From Thraustochytrium aureum (lineage: Eukaryota), in assembly GCA_012862495.1 (NCBI GenBank), contig BLSG01000391.1:355760-419759 (forward strand): a stretch of 64,000 nucleotides of DNA, given 5' to 3'. Under the pieces are notes generated by a model, which was given only the letters and a program-made list of their open reading frames with translations, was not told the origin of the DNA and did no database searches. The translations under genes were made by a program, and so were the position numbers. This document shows positions 11,608 to 22,750 of the stretch, in pieces (the stretch's first letter is position 1; every line of letters starts with the position of its first letter).

Positions 11608-12543
11608 ATGGCGGAGGAGATTGCCGAGAATGGATGCGGGGCCGAAGCGGACGTGGCGGAGGCCGGCGAGGCGCAGCCGGATGTCAAACGGCAGCGGGTG
11701 GACGGCCTGGGCCCGCTCCAACTGCTAGCTGTCGGGTTTTGCGGCGTGGACGAGTCCGTCGACCCTGCAAGGCTGGTCGAGATCTCCAAGCGGGCGCCGT
11801 GGGCGGAGTGGGGCGTTTTGTTCCGCCCTGGCAAGGACAGCACGCCGAGGTTCCCCGGGGCTGAATGGGTGGACAAGTTGTCGGCGGCTGTGAAGGAGGC
11901 TCGCGCAGCCGGCCACACGGTCCGCCTTGCGGCGCACCTCTGCAGCTCGCGGTGCGACGCGGTCCTCAACGGGGACGCCTCCTTCGTGGCCAAGCTAGTC
12001 GAGTTGGGGTTCAACCGCGCCCAGGTGAACGCCACTGCTGCAAACGGTGTGGACACTTCCAGGCTTGCCGAGCAGGTCGGCTCGACGACCGCCAGCATCA
12101 AGAGCGTCCAAGACATCGAGTGGATCTTGCAGCGCAATAGCGAGACGCTTCCAGTGTTTGGACCCATACTTGAAGACAAAGAGCTCGGCAACATTTGCGT
12201 CCTCTTCGACGACTCTGTCGGCACCGGGGTCGAGGTCAAGACGTTCACCAGCCCGAGCGCCTTGGAGGGCGTGCCGTGCGGTTACGCGGGGGGGATCGGG
12301 CCCAAAAACATCCGAAAGATACTCGAAACAATGCGTGCGAGCGTTGGGGCAGACTTTGCAACAGGCAAGTACCGCGCCCCGTGGATTGATATGGAGTCGA
12401 GTCTGCGTGCGCAGGTGGACGGCGAGGACATCTTTGACCCTGCGCTCGTTGAGCAGTGCATAGTTTGTGTCGAACAAGCGCGCGCGGATGGCCTCGTCAG
12501 CTTTGCTCCCGCGGACGCCTCAAACCCCAGCAGCGAGCAATAG
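11608..12543 (+). CDS. Phosphoribosylanthranilate-isomerase-like (TrpF-like) TIM-barrel protein, function uncertain
   Basis: Motifs GFCGVDE, EWGVLF…PRFP, AAHLC, RAQVN, VLFDDSVGTG, GYAGGIGPKN, WIDMESSLR; intronless. Confidence 0.75.
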   Translation: MAEEIAENGCGAEADVAEAGEAQPDVKRQRVDGLGPLQLLAVGFCGVDESVDPARLVEISKRAPWAEWGVLFRPGKDSTPRFPGAEWVDKLSAAVKEARAAGHTVRLAAHLCSSRCDAVLNGDASFVAKLVELGFNRAQVNATAANGVDTSRLAEQVGSTTASIKSVQDIEWILQRNSETLPVFGPILEDKELGNICVLFDDSVGTGVEVKTFTSPSALEGVPCGYAGGIGPKNIRKILETMRASVGADFATGKYRAPWIDMESSLRAQVDGEDIFDPALVEQCIVCVEQARADGLVSFAPADASNPSSEQ

Positions 12544-13614
12544 TCAGATCTGGCCAGACCGTTTTCGGACGGCCCGCCCGCGCAGCCGGCCTGTCCCCCG
12601 CGCCCACCAGCGGCTGCAGCGCCTCGGTTTCACAACGGCGAGGCCTCGTTAGTCTAGCGCGTGCGAGTAGATTTCCCAACCCAGCCCAATTCTGCTGCAT
12701 TCTGGATTAGTTCTGTTGACCGGATGTTGGTGCTTGTCATCAACCATATTTTCGTCCGCCGCTGCTGCTGAAGACGAGGGCCTCAGTGGCGCATTTGCTG
12801 CTAGCTGTCGCTACCGTTCTGGCCCTANNNNNNNNNNNNNNNNNNNNNNNNNNNNNNNNNNNNNNNNNNNNNNNNNNNNNNNNNNNNNNNNNNNNNNNNN
12901 NNNNNNNNNNNNNNNNNNNNNNNNNNNNNNNNNNNNNNNNNNNNNNNNNNNNNNNNNNNNNNNNNNNNNNNNNNNNNNNNNNNNNNNNNNNNNNNNNNNN
13001 NNNNNNNNNNNNNNNNNNNNNNNNNNNNNNNNNNNNNNNNNNNNNNNNNNNNNNNNNNNNNNNNNNNNNNNNNNNNNNNNNNNNNNNNNNNNNNNNNNNN
13101 NNNNNNNNNNNNNNNNNNNNNNNNNNNNNNNNNNNNNNNNNNNNNNNNNNNNNNNNNNNNNNNNNNNNNNNNNNNNNNNNNNNNNNNNNNNNNNNNNNNN
13201 NNNNNNNNNNNNNNNNNNNNNNNNNNNNNNNNNNNNNNNNNNNNNNNNNNNNNNNNNNNNNNNNNNNNNNNNNNNNNNNNNNNNNNNNNNNNNNNNNNNN
13301 NNNNNNNNNNNNNNNNNNNNNNNNNNNNNNNNNNNNNNNNNNNNNNNNNNNNNNNNNNNNNNNNNNNNNNNNNNNNNNNNNNNNNNNNNNNNNNNNNNNN
13401 NNNNNNNNNNNNNNNNNNNNNNNNNNNNNNNNNNNNNNNNNNNNNNNNNNNNNNNNNNNNNNNNNNNNNNNNNNNNNNNNNNNNNNNNNNNNNNNNNNNN
13501 NNNNNNNNNNNNNNNNNNNNNNNNNNNNNNNNNNNNNNNNNNNNNNNNNNNNNNNNNNNNNNNNNNNNNNNNNNNNNNNNNNNNNNNNNNNNNNNNNNNN
13601 NNNNNNNNNNNNNN

Positions 13615-15537
13615 CTAGAGCTACTGTCGTCCTCGCTGTCTTCCAACGCGGACCCAACCTCGACTTCCGCGTTGCCGCAGTCCTTGCCAACCGCGTCAAC
13701 AGAATCGCGCGAGTGCTCAAGGCCATCGTCGACTTGAGCACGGGCGGCACTGCTGGGTGTCCCTGTCGGCGAGAGATCGGGCCCTTTCTCTAGAAGGGCC
13801 CTTGCGTTCTTGTCGGAACGCGCAAGGAGTGAGCTCGCTGGGCCAGTGATGCAGAACAGCCGAGCCACGAACCACTCAGCGGAACGCTGCCAGCAAGTGA
13901 GCGGCAGCACGCCTTGATCGCAAAGAACCTTCTCGACGCCACGAAGTGCAGGGCTCTTGTGCTCGCACGGGAAGAAGAGCACCATAGTTGCGGGGTTTAC
14001 GCTCTCCGGGATCGACTTGTTCTCCATGCAGATGGTGTGCAGGAAACTGTCCTCGTGGCCGGTTCCCATCGCCATGAAACGAGCAACGTTTGTGGCCTTG
14101 TCGCCAGACTTGGCCTGGTAATCTCGAAACGCGTACGTGTGTTGCACCTTTGTAGAGCTTCCCACGGACACTGTGGTCCTGGCCGCAAAGACCTCTCGGC
14201 CAAGCTGCTTGTCGTCGGCAACGACGAAATCCTCTTGGCAGCGAACATTGACAGCACGAGCTCGTGCAACCGCGTCGGCGACCGAGTCCACATTTGGGCC
14301 TGGAGGCTTCCCTGCCCTGCGCTCTGCCTTGACAACCTTTGCGAGTAACTCACTGACCGGAATGAACGGGTTGGACGAGTTCCGAACAATCGTCAGATAG
14401 CCAGCTGAGCGCTCTGATAGGCTTTCCCAGAACGAGTCCTCGCTGTACCCGTTGTGCGCAGTGCAGAGGTTGCCGTTGAGGGTGCCGTCAGCATCGTCGA
14501 CATTGTCGACAGTCTGAAGAAGCTCTTCCGCCGCTTTTGCCTGCGTGTACCCAAGGCGCTCCTGATGGCGGACGGCATACATGATTTGCAGAAGCGAGTC
14601 TGCCAAGACGTCGCTCTTGATGCCATCCTTGCCTGCCTTGCATTGGCTTTGCCGACGTTTTCGAGCCTCGACGGACCGCGACCCGACGAGTTCGTCGTGC
14701 ACTACGACGTTGCGAGAATGCGAGGCCGTCAGACGCCGCGTCTCCGCAAACAAGACGCTCTCAAAAGCGTGGATCTTGGCGAGCGTGTCCTCGTCCTGCC
14801 CGAAATTGGTCCCAGGAGCGGTCATCTTGGCAGGCTCAATTGCGCTCGTGTGCTGGACCATAGAGTTGTAAAAGCTGACCGAGGAAGGGTCGGCACCGGT
14901 CCCGACGCGTCCGTATATCGCCTCAAGGTTCATCTTCGCATCCACGTCGTAGGTCTGATGGTGAAGGAACTTGCCGACAAAGGCCATCATGTTGCTGAAG
15001 GTTGCGGAGGGTGTGTTTGTCGAATCCGTCGCGAGGCGCTCGTTGGTGCACGCGACCAAAGCGTCAAGCACCCGCCTCGCCAAAACCATGAACACGTGGT
15101 GCTCTTCCACGTCGTCGAGGTTGTGAACGCTTGGGTAAACTTGCTTGATCCTCCCAACGACGCTAGTAACAATGTCCTTGCACTGCTGCTTGAGCCGCGG
15201 AACGAATACTGCGGCTCTGGCGTCCTCAGCAAACTCTAGCGTGTATTCGTCAGGTTCAGGGCATCTCTCCCATAGCAGCGACGCGGCGTGTTGGCCTCCT
15301 TCGTGGGAGGTCAAGTTGTTCGACGACGAACTTGCGCTTGTCCCAGACATCTCGCCAACGAAGCGCGCGATCACAGCTGCCGATTTCAAGGACGCGGCAA
15401 GCCCCTCGGAACACGGGCCCCACGCCGCTGCCAGCCACCGTGGGCAGGAGCTCGCTGCCAGCCACCGCAGCAGAAGGGCTCGCTCGGTGTCTGCCTTGTG
15501 ACAAAAATTCAAAGTAAAGTAGGCCTGCTCGACTTTT
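13615..15537 (-). mobile_element. piggyBac-like DDD transposase ORF, probably inactive, with downstream YqaJ/lambda-exonuclease-like motif; both ends in gaps
   Basis: VVHDELVG…KAGKDGIKSDVLAD…YAVR and CTAHNGYSEDSFWESLSERSAGYLTIVRN match the piggyBac blocks IDE…KPxKxGIK…LxD and DNxYxS…L…GTxRxN; QRSAEWFVARLFCITG at about 13840-13890. Confidence 0.6.
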
Positions 15538-16265
15538 NNNNNNNNNNNNNNNNNNNNNNNNNNNNNNNNNNNNNNNNNNNNNNNNNNNNNNNNNNNNNNN
15601 NNNNNNNNNNNNNNNNNNNNNNNNNNNNNNNNNNNNNNNNNNNNNNNNNNNNNNNNNNNNNNNNNNNNNNNNNNNNNNNNNNNNNNNNNNNNNNNNNNNN
15701 NNNNNNNNNNNNNNNNNNNNNNNNNNNNNNNNNNNNNNNNNNNNNNNNNNNNNNNNNNNNNNNNNNNNNNNNNNNNNNNNNNNNNNNNNNNNNNNNNNNN
15801 NNNNNNNNNNNNNNNNNNNNNNNNNNNNNNNNNNNNNNNNNNNNNNNNNNNNNNNNNNNNNNNNNNNNNNNNNNNNNNNNNNNNNNNNNNAAGAGAAATG
15901 AAAGCACGCATTCATTCGCGCAAATTCCCCCTGTCAGTAGGCATTATTCCGACTCAACAAATCGCCCAGTCTCATACCCCGTTTCGCAGGTGGATACCGG
16001 TACGGTGTTTTTAAAACAAATTCTCCCCTGGAACTCATCGAGTGGTGTTTCTCCGCTTTTCCCGAGCACATCAACACTGTATGATCGTCTCCATCGTATT
16101 CGCAAGGTTGGCGTGGGGGAAACGATTGTGCGCGCCGGGCATGCTGTGGCGCGTATGTACACTTGAGCGCTCCAGCGTCGATTTGGTTGAAATCGTGTTT
16201 GATGATGATGATTGAACAAACGACAAGTGCTCGAGGCAGTCGCGCAAGGCGCAGATGCTCGAGGG

Positions 16266-17837
16266 ATGAGCAGGCGACAGGACGAGCAGAACAGCGACGA
16301 GGAGGTCGACGACGATGATGGATCGGATGATGACGATGGCGACGAGGACTGGGACAACCCGGGCTGGCGACGCCAAGTCAAGGAACGGCTTCGAAAGGCC
16401 GAACTGGCCGACGCGCAGCTGCGTGCGCTGGATGCTCTAGCTAAGGATGAGGCGGCCAAACGACGGGATGCCGAGAAGAAGGCGAGGGCGCTGGAGGACA
16501 AGCTCCTCGATGTCGCCGAGTTGAAGGAAGCCATGGCGGTGCTGAGGTCCAAGACGAGCACGGCGGAGAAGGAGCGGGACGGCGCGAAAGAAAAGGTGGC
16601 CGAGCTCTTGCGAGCACGGGCCAACCTGGAGACCGACCTGCGCCATGTAGCGACAGAGCGCGACGGCCTCGACCGCAAAGTCAAGTCGCTTGCGAAAGAG
16701 CTAGAGTGGGAGCGGATGTTTCGTCAGGGGCAGGAAAAGGTCAAGGACAAGCTCACAAGACGCGTGGCGCAGCTCGAGCAAGAGCTCGACCAGCAAAAGC
16801 AGTACACGGGCGTCGCGCAAACGCAGTTCCAGGACGAAGCAAAAGAGGTCGAACGCGAGCGCGCGCAGCGGCTTATCGACGTGCACAAGATCAAACTTGC
16901 CCAGAATGAGCGCGACGACTGGCTCAGAGTGGCCCAAGAGCAAACCGCCATTGCTGACGAGGCCCGCCGAAACGAGGCGCACATGAAAAGCTTGCTAGAG
17001 CCGTACCGCGCCTCGATCAAGCACAGCGAGCGCATGGCTCAAGAAGACGCAGTCACGATTGCAGAGCTCTCCCAGGAGATCGAGAACCTTCGCCTGGAGC
17101 GCGCCAAGATCCGCCAAGCATCGGAGGACTTCGAGCTTGAGGCAAGGGTACTGCGCAAACGAGTTGCACGGTACGCGACGCAAGTGAGCGCCATGCAAGC
17201 TGAGGCGTTCCGCCTGCTGAAGACGCACCCCGAGACGGTTGCGTACTTGACCTCCGAGGAGTGGGGCCCACTAGTTGCCCAGGTTCAGGCGCGAGGCACA
17301 GTGCTGCAGAGGCGATCAGTTTTCTCCAGCGCCCCTCCCACCTCGTCAACCGCCCATCACGCTGCTGGCCCCAACGCACAAGCGGAGGAGAAAGTCTGCC
17401 CCGAAGGGCGAGGCTTGGACACTCCGCTCCGCCCACGAAGCGGCCTCGAAGCCCCCCATGAACACAGCTATGCAGACGAGCCAGCGTATAAATTTGCTCT
17501 CTTTTTGGAAGAGTGCGCGGGCCAGGCCGACGACGCTTTTGAAGGGCTTGGGCAACTCCACCTTCCACGGAAACGAGACGTCCTCCGGCGACGAGGCCCC
17601 GGCTCGCCGAAATCTGCTGCGGCTTTGGATCACAGGCTCGAGCCGCTGTCGCCAACGGGGCGGCGCAGTCCTGTCGCGGGCGCCAGGGGCAAGGGAGCTG
17701 TTTCGCCAGGCGGGTCGCTCTATCTCGGGCGAGGCCTTGGGCTTCGCAAACTGCAGGCTTCCCCTGAGCAACAGGCTCGCGCGCAAGCCCCTGGCGAAGC
17801 CCACGAGGCCAGCTCCAAGGAGGCGCTCTCGCCATGA
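16266..17837 (+). CDS. Coiled-coil protein with acidic N-terminus and low-complexity C-terminus
   Basis: About 520-aa open frame, heptad-rich E/K/R/L; first ATG at 16266. Confidence 0.75.
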   Translation: MSRRQDEQNSDEEVDDDDGSDDDDGDEDWDNPGWRRQVKERLRKAELADAQLRALDALAKDEAAKRRDAEKKARALEDKLLDVAELKEAMAVLRSKTSTAEKERDGAKEKVAELLRARANLETDLRHVATERDGLDRKVKSLAKELEWERMFRQGQEKVKDKLTRRVAQLEQELDQQKQYTGVAQTQFQDEAKEVERERAQRLIDVHKIKLAQNERDDWLRVAQEQTAIADEARRNEAHMKSLLEPYRASIKHSERMAQEDAVTIAELSQEIENLRLERAKIRQASEDFELEARVLRKRVARYATQVSAMQAEAFRLLKTHPETVAYLTSEEWGPLVAQVQARGTVLQRRSVFSSAPPTSSTAHHAAGPNAQAEEKVCPEGRGLDTPLRPRSGLEAPHEHSYADEPAYKFALFLEECAGQADDAFEGLGQLHLPRKRDVLRRRGPGSPKSAAALDHRLEPLSPTGRRSPVAGARGKGAVSPGGSLYLGRGLGLRKLQASPEQQARAQAPGEAHEASSKEALSP

Positions 17838-17914
17838 AGACAAACACAGCTCTCGTTTTCTGTTTTTTTCTTCTTTCGGTGAGCAAGCCAGCGCCGCCGT
17901 GCCTTCTTGAACTC

Positions 17915-19630
17915 TCACTGACGGCCATCACCAAGAGCGCGGATCCTGGCGACCAGATCTGCGCGGCGGCCGCTCGTCTTCGCCCCGCGCGATTTGAGCC
18001 ACTTTTTAAGATCTGGGACGCGCATCTTGTCGACATCCTCGATCACCGCAAAGCCCTTGGCGGAACTGCCGCTGCCTTTAGAGCTCGCCGAGGGACGTGT
18101 GCTCTCGGAGAGCGGCTCTTCGGGGACCAGACTCGAGCGCGAACCATGTTCGGACGGGGCTGAGTATGGCGCCACGGTTCGGCCAGGCCTCGCCTGCTTC
18201 TTCAAAGTGGCGGTCCCGTCGCTCGGAGCAGTGTGCCGCGGCCGCTTTGGCGTCGGCGAGCGCAGCTCTTTGCTTACGGTCACGCACTGAGGCAGCCGCG
18301 ACCCAGGCTCCTCGACAATCTGCAGCCGCCTGACTATCCGGCCAAAGTCCTCGAGGTGGCGAGACGCGACCGCAACAAACTTTTGCCGAGACACCGCCCC
18401 TCGTGGCAAGCTCTTGCGGACGCTGGCCGCCCGCAACTCACACACCTGGCGAGCGCTCTGCAGAAAAGGCTCGGCGGCCGCAGTTTGCCCAGTCTCACAA
18501 GCCGCAAATTCGAGCGCTGCGACTTGAAACGGCGCGTCGAGCGCCACGAGCGAAACGGCAGCCTTGAAGGCCTGCAGTGCCGCATTTGCTAGGTGCTCGT
18601 GCTCAGGGTGCGCGCGAGGCACGTCGCTGAATCGGGAGCAGACGAGGCAGCGGGGAACGCGGTACGAGTCCAGCAGGCAGTTTTCGTCCACGACGTTGAC
18701 CCACGCCGCGAGGGACTCTGGACGGACCCCGAACCGCGCGCCGAACAAGACCGTGGCTTCGCGCTCGCTACGTGGCTGCAGAATGTCCAGGAAGGGTTCA
18801 AACCTGAACCGACTTCGAAGCACCTCGTCTGTCTTTGTGCGCCGGTACACTTGCTCGGGGCTGAGCCACGCACTTATGCTCACCGTCTGGGAGCTCGGCA
18901 AGAGCGTCAGCCCACCTCGCCCGCGCGGCGCACGAGGGTCAACCGTGCGGATCCAGTGCGCGCGAGCATCGTGAACCGTCAAGGACACAAAAGCTGCGCA
19001 TTGATCAGCGGAACCATGAGCGGCAAAGTGGAGTTCGCAGCTCGGGAGAGCCCGAGACCGCTTTGCTGGAGTGTGGGCGATGTCTTCGCCCGTGTGAAAG
19101 AAGCGCTGCGGCCGCGTCAGGTCGAGCCGCGTCCATCCGTGCGACGCCAGCTTGCGCACAAACAGCGTTTGCAAGTGCTCGACGCGCATGGCCGTGCGTT
19201 CGTCCGCGCTGATCTCCAGGTGATCGGCCGACTTGGCCTGGAGTCCTGCGCCAGCAAGAACTGCCCAGACTGCGTCTCGGTCGCCAGGCCCGCCGGCGGG
19301 CTCCGCCGCTCGCGAGCCAGGCGCCGTATCGCCAAAGCATACCGCCATTGGCGACTCTCGCGGCAGCCGCGCGGCCACCAACCCGGCGTCAACCATCAAG
19401 TTGAGCACGAGTTCCACAGCGAGCGGCACGTCAGGCGTCACCAGCGCCTCTTCGGGCCACTCAACCACGCGCTCAAACCGGCCAAGCAACCCAGCCGCCA
19501 CAGGCGCATCGCGCAGCACCGTGGCGCTGTGCGTCCCTGCGCCTCTGCCGCCGATCGCCGCCTCGCTCGTGGCCGCGCGGGAGCGGGATGCGTCAGCCAT
19601 GCCGCAGAACCCGGCCCGATCCGAAGCCAT
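17915..19630 (-). CDS. DUF4708/C18orf63-like domain protein with C-terminal SAP domain (start uncertain)
   Basis: SAP motif DKMRVPDLKKWLKSRGAKTSGRRADLVARIR is clear. Upstream blocks LFVRKLASHGW, LTLLPSSQTVSI, FGARFGVRP and YRVPRCLV resemble DUF4708 (weaker call). Confidence 0.65.
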   Translation of the reverse strand: MASDRAGFCGMADASRSRAATSEAAIGGRGAGTHSATVLRDAPVAAGLLGRFERVVEWPEEALVTPDVPLAVELVLNLMVDAGLVAARLPRESPMAVCFGDTAPGSRAAEPAGGPGDRDAVWAVLAGAGLQAKSADHLEISADERTAMRVEHLQTLFVRKLASHGWTRLDLTRPQRFFHTGEDIAHTPAKRSRALPSCELHFAAHGSADQCAAFVSLTVHDARAHWIRTVDPRAPRGRGGLTLLPSSQTVSISAWLSPEQVYRRTKTDEVLRSRFRFEPFLDILQPRSEREATVLFGARFGVRPESLAAWVNVVDENCLLDSYRVPRCLVCSRFSDVPRAHPEHEHLANAALQAFKAAVSLVALDAPFQVAALEFAACETGQTAAAEPFLQSARQVCELRAASVRKSLPRGAVSRQKFVAVASRHLEDFGRIVRRLQIVEEPGSRLPQCVTVSKELRSPTPKRPRHTAPSDGTATLKKQARPGRTVAPYSAPSEHGSRSSLVPEEPLSESTRPSASSKGSGSSAKGFAVIEDVDKMRVPDLKKWLKSRGAKTSGRRADLVARIRALGDGRQ

Positions 19631-20443
19631 CCAACTACCTCCTCTGCCGGTTTCGCTCAGCGCCGCACGCGCAAGGCCAGAGCGCGCCGCAGCCAGCTGC
19701 GCAGCAAACGCTTGCGTTGGCAGCAACCAAGCAACCCCGCCACGCAGGCAGGCAGCCGGTGGCCTGGATGAATCGGCGCCTGCTGCTCCCGTTGGTCATC
19801 CATCACTGAGAACGAGATTGGGCTGGAGTACTTTGTCGATTGATTCATTTGGAACGCGTTTTGTTCCTTCGTCTATTGAGTATCGTAATTCAATCAATAC
19901 ATCATAACCTGTTGTGTGCTATTGTCTTGGAATTCAAGATATAATGTCTCGAGTGGCCTCTGTCCGCACCAAAGGCGTGCGCGCGTTCTCTTGAAAAGAT
20001 TGATCGGACGAATGGGCGGACGGACGGATTGACGCGTGTGCCTCGAGTGCCCTTCCCGGTGCGGGCGAGCCTCACGGCGCCGCGGGCCGGTGACCAGCAG
20101 AGCGCCAAGCGTCGCGGGCGCCTGCTGGCTGGTTTGCTGGCTGGTTTGCTGGCTCGCTGGCTGGTTGACACAGCCCGCGGTCTGGGCTTTTGGCGGTTGG
20201 CCTGTCACACTACTTCCCCAGGTCCGTTCCAGTCGTCGATTGCCGCCTCGACGCCTCCAGCGACGGGGCGGTTTGGCCCGGCTGGCGCCCGGCTGGTAGC
20301 CTGGTGGAGTCCTCACGTCTGGGGAGCGGCTAGTGCCTGCTTGAACTTTGGGCAAGGTCTGCGCTCCGACCGCCGGGCCTCGCCAGTGCTGAGGCGTCGA
20401 CGCCAAGCTGTTCGGTGAGCGCTCGCGAGACACACAGTCGAGA

Positions 20444-22009
20444 ATGTACGCAGCAACAAGAGGCGCCGTGTGGGCTGCAAGGCGCCCGCACAGCTGCGGG
20501 CGCGCTGGATGGCGACGGAGATTTGCAGCGACGTCTACGACAATCCCTCGCGACCCCGGCCACTCCTCACTCGTCTTGGAGCAAGAGGCGGGCGAAGCAG
20601 GGTCTTTGAGCGGTCCTTTGAGGCTTGCACCGGCGGGCGCGGGGCCTCTAGTCCAGCTCGGCAAGCCGGACCTTGAAACCCCGCCGCTCGAGCGGGCGCG
20701 CGGGTACCTCCTCGGCGCGGTCGAGCACCTGTTGCCAAAGCACTACGCAACATCGGTTGGGGGAAACTACATAGACTATGTCCGCTGGACAATGGCAGCC
20801 AGCGTCGTCGGCACTGTCTCAGGAGTGCTTTCGATGCAAAGCCTGCTGTACGCAGTCGGACTCGGCAGTGGCGCCATCCCGACCGCGGCAGCGCTGAACT
20901 GGGTGCTCAAAGACGGCCTTGGGCAGCTTGGCGGCGTCCTCTTTGCATCTGCGATCAACCAGCGATTCGATGCGGAGCCGCGCCGCTGGCGATTCAAGTC
21001 GGCAGCGGTCCTCGACGCCTCGATCCTCCTCGAGGTGTTGACGCCGTGGTTCCCACAGCACTTTTTACTCATCGCCTCGGTAGCAAACATTGGGAAAAAC
21101 GTGGGCTGGCTCTCGGCGAGCGCCACTCGGGCGGGCATCCATCGGTCGTTCATGCGGGTCGAAAACCTCGCCGATATCACCGGAAAGGCTGGGTCGCAGT
21201 CAATTGCAGCTTCCGTGATCGGCACTGGTCTTGGCATCGGAATCTCCTCTGCAATCGGCCAGAGTACCACGGTAATCTTCGGCGCGACCGCGGCTCTCTC
21301 GGCAGTGCACTTGTTCTGCACGTATAGAGCGCTGCAGACGGTGACCATCCGGACGTTTAACCTTCAGCGCTTTTGGGTTGCCTTGCGGCCTGCCCTCGAC
21401 TACGAGATTGGCCCGGACCGTCGGGGCTTGGCGCGGGCGCTAATCGTGCCGGAGCGCGTTCTTGACCCGGACGCGGTCTCTGCGGGCGAGCAATTTCTCC
21501 ATTTTGGCAACCTTTCGTCGCGCCGTGTTGGCCACTCTGTCCTGGCGCAGGACCCGTCTGCCCCCGCCATATTTTCCTCGACAGCAGCGACAGTCGGTCT
21601 CAAGATTGGGGCTCCGGCCTCTGTTGTGTTTGGCGCAGGGACGCCGTCCACGCTCTCCGAGGCCCTCTCTGCGATGGAGCGATACGGCGACAAGCACCTC
21701 GTTTCGGTCGCGCCGGGGGTCGTCCATCTCTTGTTCCTGGAGGAGGCCACGCCGCGCGAGACCTTGCGCGGCCTCCTTCATGCGGTGTTGACGCACCAGG
21801 TCCTGGCGGCCGGCGGGGCCACGCGGGACGCGCCGCAGCTTGCTCGCTCCTTCTTTACCGACGCGGACTTTGAGGCGCTTCTCGACCGATTCGCTCACGT
21901 CGGCTGGGATGCGGACTCTGTCTTCATCGAGCCCTTCCGCAGCAGGATCCGTCTCGCGCAGCTTCCGCCCCAATCGCCAGCGCCCGCGAGAGACGCAGCG
22001 ACAACATGA
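20444..22009 (+). CDS. RUS1 / root-UVB-sensitive (DUF647) family membrane protein, probable N-terminal transit peptide
   Basis: LPKHYATSVGGNYIDYVRW, LSMQSLLYAVGLG, AAALNWVLKDGLGQLGGVLFA, FDAEPRRWR, ENLADITGKAGSQ, TFNLQR. Confidence 0.92.
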   Translation: MYAATRGAVWAARRPHSCGRAGWRRRFAATSTTIPRDPGHSSLVLEQEAGEAGSLSGPLRLAPAGAGPLVQLGKPDLETPPLERARGYLLGAVEHLLPKHYATSVGGNYIDYVRWTMAASVVGTVSGVLSMQSLLYAVGLGSGAIPTAAALNWVLKDGLGQLGGVLFASAINQRFDAEPRRWRFKSAAVLDASILLEVLTPWFPQHFLLIASVANIGKNVGWLSASATRAGIHRSFMRVENLADITGKAGSQSIAASVIGTGLGIGISSAIGQSTTVIFGATAALSAVHLFCTYRALQTVTIRTFNLQRFWVALRPALDYEIGPDRRGLARALIVPERVLDPDAVSAGEQFLHFGNLSSRRVGHSVLAQDPSAPAIFSSTAATVGLKIGAPASVVFGAGTPSTLSEALSAMERYGDKHLVSVAPGVVHLLFLEEATPRETLRGLLHAVLTHQVLAAGGATRDAPQLARSFFTDADFEALLDRFAHVGWDADSVFIEPFRSRIRLAQLPPQSPAPARDAATT

Positions 22010-22073
22010 TCCCGACAAGCATGACGCGACGTGGAAGCACGTTTCGGTACTCGCTCGCACTCTCATCTCCTGC

Positions 22074-22108
22074 AACAGCAGCAGCACAGCAGCAGCAGCA
22101 GCAGCAGC
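22074..22108. repeat. (CAG)n microsatellite
   Basis: aacagcagcagcacagcagcagcagcagcagcagc. Confidence 0.85.
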
Positions 22109-22750
22109 CACTCTCAACGCCATTGGCCAGGGGACATCCCCAGGCAGCGGGCCACCGACTCTACCGGCCTCAGGCTCCCGCCAGCGCCGGCGGAATTGAC
22201 ATTGATGAAAGTACTTANNNNNNNNNNNNNNNNNNNNNNNNNNNNNNNNNNNNNNNNNNNNNNNNNNNNNNNNNNNNNNNNNNNNNNNNNNNNNNNNNNN
22301 NNNNNNNNNNNNNNNNNNNNNNNNNNNNNNNNNNNNNNNNNNNNNNNNNNNNNNNNNNNNNNNNNNNNNNNNNNNNNNNNNNNNNNNNNNNNNNNNNNNN
22401 NNNNNNNNNNNNNNNNNNNNNNNNNNNNNNNNNNNNNNNNNNNNNNNNNNNNNNNNNNNNNNNNNNNNNNNNNNNNNNNNNNNNNNNNNNNNNNNNNNNN
22501 NNNNNNNNNNNNNNNNNNNNNNNNNNNNNNNNNNNNNNNNNNNNNNNNNNNNNNNNNNNNNNNNNNNNNNNNNNNNNNNNNNNNNNNNNNNNNNNNNNNN
22601 NNNNNNNNNNNNNNNNNNNNNNNNNNNNNNNNNNNGCAGGCGCTGCGGACAGACCGACCGCCGGCCTGGCCACGCGAGTACTGCCCCCCCCCCCACCCTC
22701 GGCTCCCGCATTCTCCCCCGCTGGAGCGGCGCGCGGCGCGGTGGGCGCAG

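Noticed and set aside
12716..13793. ORFs running through N gaps (also at 15.3-16.1, 22-25, 27.2-28.4, 47-48 and 55.4-56 kb)
   Set aside because: Their length is an artefact of X translation across gaps
12550..16260. TTAA target sites and terminal inverted repeats for the piggyBac-like element
   Set aside because: No convincing TTAA-CCY termini or matching inverted ends were seen; the ends may lie in the gaps
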